A stretch of 64,000 bases of DNA from Candidatus Melainabacteria bacterium 17Bon1m (GCA_032128875.1 JAVLKG010000001.1:320001-384000), one strand, 5' to 3'; shown: positions 20,732 through 29,289, numbered from the stretch's first letter. The notes: generated by a model not told the origin, from the letters alone. Numbers and translations: made by a program.

Positions 20732-21136
20732 TCAGCATGCTTCTTGTGATGTTGGTTTTGATGTCCAACGAAGCAGCATGTTCTTAAATCGTTCTGGTGA
20801 AATTGGCTTTTCTAAGTAATCATCCATGCCGTCAGCCAAGCATTGTTTTCGGCAGCTTTCCGATGAGTGTGCGGAGAGTCCGATGATTGGTGTTCTGAAG
20901 CCCAACTCTGCTTCGATTTGCCGAATTGCTTGGGTGCATTCGATGCCATCCATTACCGGCATGTTTAAATCCATCAGAACCGCGTCGAAGGGCTTTTGTC
21001 GGTCTTTGAAAAGTGAAATGGCTTCATATCCAGACCTTGCCGGAATTACCTCAAACCCGAATCTATCAGCAAGTGCTTTCACCACCATCTGATTGACCGG
21101 ATTGTCTTCGACGACAAGTATTGCTGCTTTTTCCAT
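20732..21136 (-). CDS. Single-domain response regulator
   Basis: VVEDN, VLMDLNMP, EKP. Confidence 0.92.
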   Translation of the reverse strand: MEKAAILVVEDNPVNQMVVKALADRFGFEVIPARSGYEAISLFKDRQKPFDAVLMDLNMPVMDGIECTQAIRQIEAELGFRTPIIGLSAHSSESCRKQCLADGMDDYLEKPISPERFKNMLLRWTSKPTSQEAC

Positions 21137-21283
21137 CGACTCAACTCTTAATTTCAGCGGGCATCGTTTTTAGTAAGTTTCTAAGTCCCGGTAGAAGAAG
21201 ATAGAGTTGCACTTTCGGCGTTTTGTTCCCGCCCCGACATTACAAATATCTAGGTCTTGAGTGATCGTACGTTTGCCCTTGAG

Positions 21284-22477
21284 TTAAGGGGTTACGAACG
21301 AAGCGCCTTTTTTGGCAGAGCATACATACACTGAAGTCTGGTTGCCGGTTTCTTTCTCGTACCGCGGAATAACGATATTTTTGTAATTGTCGACTTCAGA
21401 AGAGCGAATTATTGAGACCGTGCAGCCACCAAAACCGGCGCCGGTCAGCCGCGAGCCACTAGTAGCGGGAAGCGCTTGGGTGAGTTTGACTAGTACGTCA
21501 ATTTCAGGAGTACTTATCTCGTAATTCGTCTTCATGGACTCATGCGATTCGTTCATTAGATAGCCAAATCGTTGTATATCTCCATTTTCTAAAGCAGCCA
21601 CCGCATCTAAAACGCGCTGGTTCTCAGAAACAACGTGTAAGCAGCGTCTATAAATTCGTTCTGGCAGACTTTCCTTGTGCTGCGAAAGGTCGACAAGCGA
21701 GACATCTCTGAGGCTCGATAAATGCGCGCCTCTCAACTGCGAAAGCAATCTTACGCCCTCTAGACACTCGTTTCGCCTGGCATTGTATTCGCTGTCTACA
21801 AGACCGCGATGAACGCCTGAATGTGTAATGACAATCGAGTATCCATTTTTCTCTAAATTTAGTGGCACTGCTCTGTATTCCAACGAGCGGCAGTCGATTT
21901 GGATAGCTGAATCTTCCTCGCCCAGCGCAGAGACGAATTGATCCATAATGCCGCATTGCACGCCGACAAACTCGTTTTCAGCTTTCTGCGCAAGTAATGC
22001 AAGTTCCTTCTTGCTTAGATTTAGAGAAAACAGCGCATCAAGGACAGTGACAAGTCCGACTTCAAATGATGCGGAAGAACTCAGTCCCGCCCCTTGGGGA
22101 ACGTTGCCCGATGTGACTAGATTGAGTCCGCCGATGTTGCCACCATTTTTGGTGACAACATCAACAACACCGCGGAGATATGCAGACCAGTGGTGCTTAT
22201 CATCGTTGTTCGGAATTTCATCGGTAGAAAATGAAACATCCTCGTGATAGTCGAGAGAGTATGCTGAAACTATTTCGTCATCGCTTGGTGCTGCGGCAAT
22301 TATCATTTCGCGATCGATTGCTGCAGGGAAAACGAAACCTTCGTTGTAATCAGTATGTTCGCCGATCAAGTTTACTCTTCCAGGCGCTCGAACAATAACT
22401 TTCGGCTGCACACCATACTTTTCCAGAAAGGTCTCTTGCAAATTATTTATTCTGCGTTCATAGCTTGCTTGCATCAT
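21284..22477 (-). CDS. galK: Galactokinase
   Basis: APGRVNLIGEHTDYN, GAGLSSSA, GIMDQ, GSRLTGAGFGGC. Confidence 0.97.
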   Translation of the reverse strand: MMQASYERRINNLQETFLEKYGVQPKVIVRAPGRVNLIGEHTDYNEGFVFPAAIDREMIIAAAPSDDEIVSAYSLDYHEDVSFSTDEIPNNDDKHHWSAYLRGVVDVVTKNGGNIGGLNLVTSGNVPQGAGLSSSASFEVGLVTVLDALFSLNLSKKELALLAQKAENEFVGVQCGIMDQFVSALGEEDSAIQIDCRSLEYRAVPLNLEKNGYSIVITHSGVHRGLVDSEYNARRNECLEGVRLLSQLRGAHLSSLRDVSLVDLSQHKESLPERIYRRCLHVVSENQRVLDAVAALENGDIQRFGYLMNESHESMKTNYEISTPEIDVLVKLTQALPATSGSRLTGAGFGGCTVSIIRSSEVDNYKNIVIPRYEKETGNQTSVYVCSAKKGASFVTP

Positions 22478-23449
22478 TTAGATTTCCACAGCTCTAAGCT
22501 CTGCCGCCTTTTCTTCCGGGAGGGTATCGTTGACGAAAGTTCCTGCACCTGATTCGCAACCTGCCAAATACTTGAGCTTTTCTGGGGTTCTGAGCGGAGG
22601 ATAAAACTCAATATGAAAGTGGCATCCGGGCCAGTCTTTTCCGTCTGTTGGTTTTTGATGCATCACCATCATGTAGGGCATTGAAAACTTCCAGAGTGCA
22701 TCGTACTTTTTCAGCAAAGCATTGAGAATTTTTGCAAGATCATCTTGTTCTTCATCGGTGAATTCGCTTATTGCTCCACGGTGCTCTCTTGAATAGACGT
22801 GCACTTCATAAGGATAGCGAGCATAAAACGGAATTATCGCGACGAACATTTCTGTCTCCGCAACAATGCGCTTCTTCTCACTGAACTCGTGCTTAAGTAT
22901 GTCGCAGTGTAAGCAATTGCCGGTTTTTTCTAAATGCTTTGCTTCGTTAATCAGCTCTCGTTCAATACGCGGGGGCAAATAGGAAAACGCATAAATTTGA
23001 CCATGTGGGTGATGGATTGTCACGCCAATTGCCTCACCTTTATTCTCGAAAATGAATACATATTCGATTTCAGGCTTATTGCCTAGTTCTTCGTATCTAT
23101 CTTTCCAGACACGAACGAGGTGCTCAATCTTTTGAAGAGGCATTTCCGCAAGACTCGACTTGTGATCCGACGAATAAAGTACTACTTCGCAGATTCCGAG
23201 TGAGCCTCGAACTGGCATCAAATCAGATCCTTCCACCGCCGGGGCATCGGGCGTACCTCTAAGGCTGGGAAATTTGTTTTCAAAAACAACCATATCGTAG
23301 GTTTGTTCATGAATTTCTGTCGGAAAGCCCCCTTCCGCTGTAGGGCAAAGCGGGCAATACCCTGCTGGAGGTAGAAAGGTGCGGTCTTGCCGGTGAGTAG
23401 CGGTAACCACCCACTCTCCCATAATCGGATTCCATCTCATCTCAGACAT
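22478..23449 (-). CDS. galT: Galactose-1-phosphate uridylyltransferase
   Basis: CPLCP, FENKFP, FENKG, HHPHGQ catalytic motif, AGCE; adjacent to galK. Confidence 0.95.
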   Translation of the reverse strand: MSEMRWNPIMGEWVVTATHRQDRTFLPPAGYCPLCPTAEGGFPTEIHEQTYDMVVFENKFPSLRGTPDAPAVEGSDLMPVRGSLGICEVVLYSSDHKSSLAEMPLQKIEHLVRVWKDRYEELGNKPEIEYVFIFENKGEAIGVTIHHPHGQIYAFSYLPPRIERELINEAKHLEKTGNCLHCDILKHEFSEKKRIVAETEMFVAIIPFYARYPYEVHVYSREHRGAISEFTDEEQDDLAKILNALLKKYDALWKFSMPYMMVMHQKPTDGKDWPGCHFHIEFYPPLRTPEKLKYLAGCESGAGTFVNDTLPEEKAAELRAVEI

Positions 23450-23474
23450 TTACGGATTTCCTATGGACGTCAAA

Positions 23475-23711
23475 TTATTCGAGGATTTTGCCGTGACTTT
23501 CCTCACCAGAGCTATCCTTAGTTTTTGCACTCGATTCTCTGTTGGGTTTCTTTGCGGTGCTGCTGCGCGTTTCTTCGCTGCTATACCCGGACGCGTTGAC
23601 AATGATGCCGGCCGTGCAACCTTCATTGCATTCAAAGTCGTAGAAGATAAGCAGGCGTCCATCTTCTTTCTGGATGCTTCTCTTGATTAGCTTGTGTTTT
23701 TTTGACTTCAT
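23475..23711 (-). CDS. Small protein upstream of galT with KEDGRLLIFY motif
   Basis: ATG with AAAGAG upstream; co-oriented, ends 25 bp before galT. Confidence 0.6.
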   Translation of the reverse strand: MKSKKHKLIKRSIQKEDGRLLIFYDFECNEGCTAGIIVNASGYSSEETRSSTAKKPNRESSAKTKDSSGEESHGKILE

Positions 23712-23897
23712 TCTCTTTACAAGTGTTGCGGGAATTCAATCATACCCCAGCTGATCTATTCTCTCATTTGGGCTTCACCCAAATAGACTTCAAAGTTTTT
23801 GTCTTTATCGAGAATTCGATCATAACGTTGCCACTTCTTCTAAAATCAAAAACCTTGAAGGCACCATATGCAGTGTCTAAGGCGAATGTGAGTCTAT

Positions 23898-23982
23898 AGT
23901 GAAGAAAAGAAGTGAAGAAAGAAGTGATGAAAGAAGTGATGAAAGAAGTGATGAAAGAAGTGATGAAAGAAGTGAAGAAAGA
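23898..23982. repeat. 12-bp purine-rich tandem repeat AGTGA(T/A)GAAAGA, 7 copies
   Basis: Read directly; first copy is 13 bp. Confidence 0.95.
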
Positions 23983-24232
23983 GCGTTTACTCTGCCGTTA
24001 TTCGAAACTGACGCAGGCACACGCTTTATTGCGATCCAAATGAAACAAAAGCTTTGATGTCAGTATAGACGAATTTAAGACGCGAATTGGAACATCTCGC
24101 TAGCAGTGAATCTCTACTAGATTGGGGATTGCAGAACTTCCGGGCACTCGCCACCATTCGAGGTATCACCCAATCTAGGTTTTCAGTTATCCAGAGTTTG
24201 CGCCATACTGGAGATGGAGGATTAGGAAGTCT

Positions 24233-24424
24233 ATGAACAGGAAGAAAACAAAATATTGGTTTGAAAAAATCGATGCAACTTCACCTTTGCCGAATTTTTA
24301 TCCATACAGCGAAGACGCTGCGGGCGCATCTGACGAGCATTTATCAGAAAGCGTACATTCGATAAACGGAGATAACATACTTACTCTGAATAGTTGGAAT
24401 CCAGACGACCAGCTGGCTGTATAG
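24233..24424 (+). CDS. Small hypothetical protein (63 aa)
   Basis: AGGAAG SD, ATG start, followed by an intrinsic terminator. Confidence 0.5.
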   Translation: MNRKKTKYWFEKIDATSPLPNFYPYSEDAAGASDEHLSESVHSINGDNILTLNSWNPDDQLAV

Positions 24425-24464
24425 TTAATTTCATAGGTTTATCCCTACCCCAGGGAGAAAAGGA

Positions 24465-24489
24465 GGAGTGCATAGCGCTCCTTTTTTTT
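24465..24489 (+). terminator. Rho-independent terminator
   Basis: GGAGTGC-ATA-GCGCTCC followed by T8. Confidence 0.8.
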
Positions 24490-24526
24490 GCACTATTTAT
24501 TCAGTGCGCAGTATTGATTTGCCGGA

Positions 24527-24551
24527 GGAACTTTGGATAACTTGTGCGGTC
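24527..24551 (+). promoter_or_regulatory. Putative ECF promoter GGAAC-N17-GTC
   Basis: Exact motif directly after a terminator, with no ORF downstream on this strand. Confidence 0.6.
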
Positions 24552-24557
24552 ATACCA

Positions 24558-24665
24558 TTCGGAAAAAACGAAATATCTAAAACACTGTGAGAAGCACAGA
24601 TTTGCGTTTCGATCGACGCCGAAACGCAGAAAAGTGAAGGGCCGCTTAGAGCAAGCGGCTCTTTG
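24558..24665 (+). ncRNA. Candidate three-hairpin small RNA
   Basis: Promoter motif; hairpins CTGTG/CACAG, TGCGTTTCG/CGAAACGCA, GGGCCGCTT/AAGCGGCTC+TTT. Confidence 0.5.
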
Positions 24666-24675
24666 CTGCTTTAAG

Positions 24676-25278
24676 TCATGCAGTTAATTCGTCTTCTCGC
24701 AAATCTTGCGCAAGTCGCTCGGCATTTGCAAGTTGCCATCTCACCGATGATGTTGACATGTCTCCTGTCAAAACAATACGCGGTGCTGGAGAATCCTTTA
24801 TCAGGCAAGGAGTGGACGATATCCTCTCTTTCTGTGCGAGTTGCGGACTCTTCAATACGTCGATTACTGACAGCGAATATTTATTCTTGTCACCGCCAAA
24901 TAAGCGTGCGACGTTGGTCAGCAGTTGTTCGTCAGGAGTGCCGCAAACAAAAAGCAATAGGTTGACCTTTTCACCGCTCGAAAAAACGTTGTCTCTGATT
25001 GAAACGCTGACGTCTTTTCCGAGCTTCTCCAACCAGACAATAAGCATGTCGATGCTGAAGCGGTCTACCCTACCTTGAACGACATCTGATATTCGCGGTT
25101 GTCCAACACCCAGGACTTCTGCCGCTTGGCCTTGCGTCCAGCCCTTTTCACGGATCAATTCGGCAATAGCTGCCATTAATTCCGCGCGCAGCACTAAATT
25201 GGACGCAGCGTAATCATCTTGCGAAGAGTGATTTTTTTCGCGAGATCGATTTCCCTTCATTGCGTTACCCGATTTCAC
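24676..25278 (-). CDS. XRE-family HTH regulator fused to a KaiB/SasA-like domain
   Basis: WTQGQAAEVLGVGQPRISDVVQGRVDRFSIDML (HTH); LLLFV...VIDVLKSPQLAQKERISSTPCLIKDSPAPRIVLTGDMS (KaiB-like). Confidence 0.88.
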   Translation of the reverse strand: MKSGNAMKGNRSREKNHSSQDDYAASNLVLRAELMAAIAELIREKGWTQGQAAEVLGVGQPRISDVVQGRVDRFSIDMLIVWLEKLGKDVSVSIRDNVFSSGEKVNLLLFVCGTPDEQLLTNVARLFGGDKNKYSLSVIDVLKSPQLAQKERISSTPCLIKDSPAPRIVLTGDMSTSSVRWQLANAERLAQDLREDELTA

Positions 25279-25396
25279 ACTTCATATACTTAATTATATA
25301 TGTGCATCCTCTGTGGGCTATCCCTCGTCTGGTATATAAAAGATTAAATAGCTAGATGAGCAAGCAGTGGACAACTTGCTTGTATCTGACTGACCG

Positions 25397-25414
25397 TATA
25401 GAATTAATTCTATA
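25397..25414. promoter_or_regulatory. Perfect 18-bp palindrome TATAGAATTAATTCTATA, candidate operator
   Basis: In the divergent promoter region between the XRE-KaiB gene and a pseudo-receiver. Confidence 0.45.
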
Positions 25415-25453
25415 AAGTGATAATTTGATTGGCATATCTATTTGGGTGACTAT

Positions 25454-25882
25454 ATGGATAAGCAACCAAGTTTGATGAATCGCATATTGCTGGCCCACGA
25501 CCCGCAGAAAATCGGTTTTTTGCTCGATTCGCTGACGGGTTTTGAACTTGTCCCGGCTGCGACGGTCAAGGAAGCCGAAAGGCTCATCACTGAGAATGGA
25601 ATCAACCTGTTTATTATTGGAATTCATTTTGATGATTCCCGCGCTCTCCAGCTAATAACGGACATTCGTCTCGACGAAAAGCATAAGACGACACCCATCG
25701 TGGTTGTTCGTCTCTCTCAGTCAGAGCACACAGAGATGCTTAGAATGACGATGGACACTCTGATTAAGCTTCACATCGTCGACGAGTTTATCGAGATTGA
25801 AAATCCAGGACAGAATCAAAAGAAACTTTTTCGCAAACTCGTAGAAAAGATACTTAATCAGGCAGAGGCTATAAGCCAATAA
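25454..25882 (+). CDS. Atypical receiver-like protein (no phospho-Asp)
   Basis: RILLAHD, ATVKEA, NLFIIGIHFDDSRAL, TPIVVV. Confidence 0.75.
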   Translation: MDKQPSLMNRILLAHDPQKIGFLLDSLTGFELVPAATVKEAERLITENGINLFIIGIHFDDSRALQLITDIRLDEKHKTTPIVVVRLSQSEHTEMLRMTMDTLIKLHIVDEFIEIENPGQNQKKLFRKLVEKILNQAEAISQ

Positions 25883-26026
25883 TGGGCTGCGCAGTTTAGA
25901 TTAGCTCCAATGTTGTCTGCCGCGCAGCAGGAAGCGAAAAACACAAGAGAGACGTTTTTAAGCGTCTCTCCTCTTTGGTTGCTCACTACTTAGTTAGCTC
26001 GGGGCGTGCTGGTTTGGCTGGCGCCG

Positions 26027-26413
26027 TCACTCATTTTGCCCCTTTTTTTGACCTTCGTTTTCACCCTGGCTTTCTTTGGTTAAGCATTTGCCGAGATACA
26101 TCTTCAGTGCTTCTACGTGCTCACGGTCTGAAGTTCGGATCTTATCGAAAAGGTCTCTCAGCTCAGCACAGGGTTGTGCGTCCAATATGTATTTGTCATA
26201 TGCCTGAAGTGCTTTGGACTTTTCGTTAAGCACCATAACTACGTCGAATTGAAGGTCGGATAGCGGGAAATATCCAGTTCCTTTATCCGCTCTTACTCCT
26301 TCCTTTCCCTGACCATTGCTTTTATTTTGCTGTCCTTGATTTTGTTGATTCTGAGTTTCTTGGTTTTGTTTTCCTTGATCTTGTGCCTTGTTTTCTTTCA
26401 TAGAACTAGCCAT
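26027..26413 (-). CDS. Gln/Asn-rich small ferritin-like stress protein
   Basis: LNEKSKALQAYDKYILDAQ...LFDKIRTSDREHVEALK; GAGG SD before ATG 26413. Confidence 0.75.
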   Translation of the reverse strand: MASSMKENKAQDQGKQNQETQNQQNQGQQNKSNGQGKEGVRADKGTGYFPLSDLQFDVVMVLNEKSKALQAYDKYILDAQPCAELRDLFDKIRTSDREHVEALKMYLGKCLTKESQGENEGQKKGQNE

Positions 26414-26791
26414 CTCGCTTACCTCATAAAATCGATTCGCATTATGAGGAGAGTCAGTATTTGACTGATTGTTCCTCATGTATCCAACAGTGTTGAGCCT
26501 TTTGATAGCTTGTTACGAATCAAAATCCTTGTGTCTTGATCCGGTCATAGTGTGGCGACCATTGCGTTGAATGAGTGTGCCACAGGTCGCATCAGCACGT
26601 CCCCATTTGCAGTGTGCTCTTCTAAGTCCTGTTCCGGACTTATGCTTTCTACATCTAATCGTTGGACTTTTGTTTGTTTCTAAGTGAATAGCACCAAGTT
26701 GTGGAACAATAATGTTAGTCTCGAAAGCCGATGGCCCGTGCGCCTTCTGTCTAGGCGGCAAAATAGAAATGTGTGGTGGAGGAAACTATAA

Positions 26792-27163
26792 GTGAAACTG
26801 AATCCAACAAAATCTGCGGAATTATTTGATGTGCTAGAGGCAATAGGCACCGCTAGTAACTTGGACTCGGAAATTGAAAAACAACAAAAATTGGTCGCCT
26901 CTATGTCGGAATCATCGTTTTCATCAGGCGAGCGTGGTGATGCTTTGTTCTACCTTGCGCGTTTGTATTTTCAAAAGCAATCATTTCAGCAGGCAAAGAA
27001 TTGTGCTGTAGAAGCAGTAGGTTTAAGACGTTTGTTTTACGGAAAGAAGGCGAAAGAATTTCTTGATGCTGTAACTCTGGCGCGATTAATTAACGATGAA
27101 ATTGAGAAAACTGAGCCACCGAAAAGGCGGCGAAGAGGCCGCGTTAAGTCTCCTAGCATTTGA
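26792..27163 (+). CDS. Small TPR-like protein
   Basis: ALFYLARLYFQKQSFQQAKNCAVEAV; GGAGG SD. Confidence 0.65.
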   Translation: MKLNPTKSAELFDVLEAIGTASNLDSEIEKQQKLVASMSESSFSSGERGDALFYLARLYFQKQSFQQAKNCAVEAVGLRRLFYGKKAKEFLDAVTLARLINDEIEKTEPPKRRRRGRVKSPSI

Positions 27164-27181
27164 GTTTTCTTAAAGTAGAAC

Positions 27182-27973
27182 TCAAGTAATTTTTTGCGCT
27201 GCCTCGTTGGACTCCGCGCCAGAGTTGTTGTCTCTGTTCGCGGAGTCATGCGGAGGGGAGAATATGCTCGGCTCTTTTCCAAACAACTTTTCGAAATTTT
27301 CCGCGATGGCATGATAACAGCCGCAACTTGCGGCTTCTAATCCTTCACGATCTTTTACCGTGACAATGCCTCTGACATATGAGATTAGCCCCGCTTTTTG
27401 CAAGGTCATTGCCGCAACGTTCACCGCCGGTCTGCGAACTCCAAGCATTTGTCCCAGGAACTCCTGCGTTAATGGAAAATTCCTTCTATCCATTCTGTCG
27501 TGGCAAAATATCAACCAGCGTGCACATCTTGAGTCAACATTGTGCGAACGGTTGCAAGCCGCGTTTTGAGCAGTTTGATTGAAGAGCGATTGAGCATACT
27601 TGTTCATTAACAGCCCAAATGTCGGAAGGTCTTTCATAAACTGTTTGAAGTCTACGGCGGGCATTCTTAGAGTCGGACCCGGTATCTGGCAAAAACACAT
27701 CCCTTCCATTGTCTCTGCGCCGAATATTATTGGCACACCCACGACACCTTCCTTCCCTACTGTTGCAACTTCAATGAATTCGTTTTCTTCAACGTATGCA
27801 ACTATCGATTCAACGCCACTTTCCGGAAAGTACACAAAATCCAATGGTTGTCCCGATTCGAAAATAGGATACTTTGTATTGAGGCTCAGGTATTCCAAAT
27901 GTGGTAGCACCGCTTCTAATTCTTCTGGTGGCAGTCTACGTAGAATGTGATTTTCAATTTTTTCAATAACCAT
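27182..27973 (-). CDS. Crp/Fnr-family transcriptional regulator
   Basis: VYFPESG, VGKEGVVG, RCARWL, LTQEFLGQMLGVRRPAV. Confidence 0.93.
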   Translation of the reverse strand: MVIEKIENHILRRLPPEELEAVLPHLEYLSLNTKYPIFESGQPLDFVYFPESGVESIVAYVEENEFIEVATVGKEGVVGVPIIFGAETMEGMCFCQIPGPTLRMPAVDFKQFMKDLPTFGLLMNKYAQSLFNQTAQNAACNRSHNVDSRCARWLIFCHDRMDRRNFPLTQEFLGQMLGVRRPAVNVAAMTLQKAGLISYVRGIVTVKDREGLEAASCGCYHAIAENFEKLFGKEPSIFSPPHDSANRDNNSGAESNEAAQKIT

Positions 27974-28015
27974 CAGTATCCCTCGGGCTTATGTTTGGTA
28001 GCGGTCATATAGGAA

Positions 28016-28040
28016 GACTGCGAAATGATCAGACGGTTTC
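28016..28040 (-). promoter_or_regulatory. Putative ECF promoter variant GAAAC-N17-GTC
   Basis: Upstream of the Crp gene. Confidence 0.5.
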
Positions 28041-28076
28041 TGAATGTCACATGTGTTTACTTCCAAGTAGAAAGAC

Positions 28077-28100
28077 AAAAAGACGTCACAGGACGTCTTT
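28077..28100. terminator. Bidirectional terminator
   Basis: AAAAGACGTC-ACAG-GACGTCTTTT. Confidence 0.75.
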
Positions 28101-28122
28101 TCATCGAGATATCTAAGTAGCT

Positions 28123-28428
28123 CTACGCCGCTTTCTTTGCCTTTGCTTTTCCACCTTTCCTTCCAGCTTCTACCTTCTGCTGGTGAGATGATGATTTTGC
28201 TTTCCTACCGGTCTTTGGCTTGGTGGATGCTTTTTTTGAACTTGTCTTTTTGGCAGTGGTTTTTTTCTGCCCCGAACCTCCGGCTTTTTTGCCGCCACCA
28301 TCTTGCTTATTGACCGTCGCCCACGCCCTACTTTTCGCTTCTTTCTCGCTTACACCCTTCTCCTCGTAACTTTCTTCTATGTGTTTTGCTTTTCGTTCTT
28401 GTTTGTCCGTATATTTACTTCCTGGCAT
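28123..28428 (-). CDS. Basic general-stress protein with KGG motif
   Basis: YTDKQERKAKHIEESY...RAWATVNKQDGGG; EAGRKGG; GGAGG SD. Confidence 0.85.
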   Translation of the reverse strand: MPGSKYTDKQERKAKHIEESYEEKGVSEKEAKSRAWATVNKQDGGGKKAGGSGQKKTTAKKTSSKKASTKPKTGRKAKSSSHQQKVEAGRKGGKAKAKKAA

Positions 28429-28455
28429 ATTCAAACCTCCATGATCAGATTTGAA

Positions 28456-28480
28456 GACCGTTGCTCAGTTTGTCGGTTCC
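28456..28480 (-). promoter_or_regulatory. Putative ECF promoter GGAAC-N17-GTC
   Basis: Upstream of the KGG protein gene. Confidence 0.65.
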
Positions 28481-28566
28481 AATGTGAATTGGCCATATCT
28501 CGCGCCCTTAAGTTGTTGGGTATGCACCCGCGTAAGGGCAGATTTACTTGTAATCGTGCTTGTTGC

Positions 28567-28690
28567 AAAAATAGTAGGCGACTGGGTTAGCCCCAGTCGC
28601 CTTGAAGAACCGGAAACTTCTTATCAGTAGTTTCCCCGTTCATAGTTGTGGCTTTCATAGCCATTTTCTTTCTCTATTCTCGTATCGATA
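28567..28690 (-). ncRNA. Candidate three-hairpin small RNA (contains a 25-aa ORF, 28587-28664)
   Basis: Promoter at 28698-28722; hairpins TGGCT/AGCCA, GGAAACT/AGTTTCC, AGGCGACTGGG/CCCAGTCGCCT followed by a T-rich tail. Confidence 0.5.
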
Positions 28691-28697
28691 ATATGAT

Positions 28698-28722
28698 GAC
28701 GTTAGAAGCATCCTTCAGTTCC
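28698..28722 (-). promoter_or_regulatory. Putative ECF promoter GGAAC-N17-GTC
   Basis: Exact motif just downstream of the hemerythrin stop. Confidence 0.6.
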
Positions 28723-28746
28723 AAAAAACGTGCAAATTCTTAGCTG

Positions 28747-29259
28747 CTAACTAGCTTTTCTTTGTCGGATGGCGCTACGTCCTTTGCTCGTGTTCATCAT
28801 TCGCATTTTTTTCTTCTTGACGGTTTCAGCCATCATTTCTAGATCTTCGTCCGAATCCTTCAACTTCGGAAGCAGCTCGTTCTCTTCTTCTTTGACGTGA
28901 TGCTCGATCAACTCTTTGAGTACTGTGACTTTAGCCTTGCAGTTTTCTTCAGAACCATCCATTCTCGACATTTCTCGAAGAATGCCTTTGACTACATGAT
29001 GCTCTTCATAAGCTTCTTTAGCTCCGTCTTCTTCTTCCACCATTAATGGAGGATAAACAATTTGCTCCTCAAGAGTGGCATGAATTGTTAATTCAGTGAT
29101 TATTTTCTCCATTAAGCTTTTGCGCTGACGGCTAGTACGTGCGCCCTCGAATTCAGCAAAAAGTGCTTCGACTTTTCTGTGATCTGCCTTGAGCATAGAG
29201 ATTATTTCGGGTTCGCCCATCATTGCACTGACGGCATCGCCAACACTCTTTACGTTCAT
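28747..29259 (-). CDS. Hemerythrin/HHE cation-binding protein
   Basis: LKADH, HATLEEQIVYP, EEH, HHVKEEENELLP; AAGGAG SD. Confidence 0.9.
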   Translation of the reverse strand: MNVKSVGDAVSAMMGEPEIISMLKADHRKVEALFAEFEGARTSRQRKSLMEKIITELTIHATLEEQIVYPPLMVEEEDGAKEAYEEHHVVKGILREMSRMDGSEENCKAKVTVLKELIEHHVKEEENELLPKLKDSDEDLEMMAETVKKKKMRMMNTSKGRSAIRQRKAS

Positions 29260-29289
29260 ATGATTTCTCCTTTCAGTGTCTTTAGAAAT

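Noticed and set aside
24676-25278. HigBA-type toxin-antitoxin locus or kaiABC clock operon
   Set aside because: No adjacent toxin, and no kaiA or kaiC in the window
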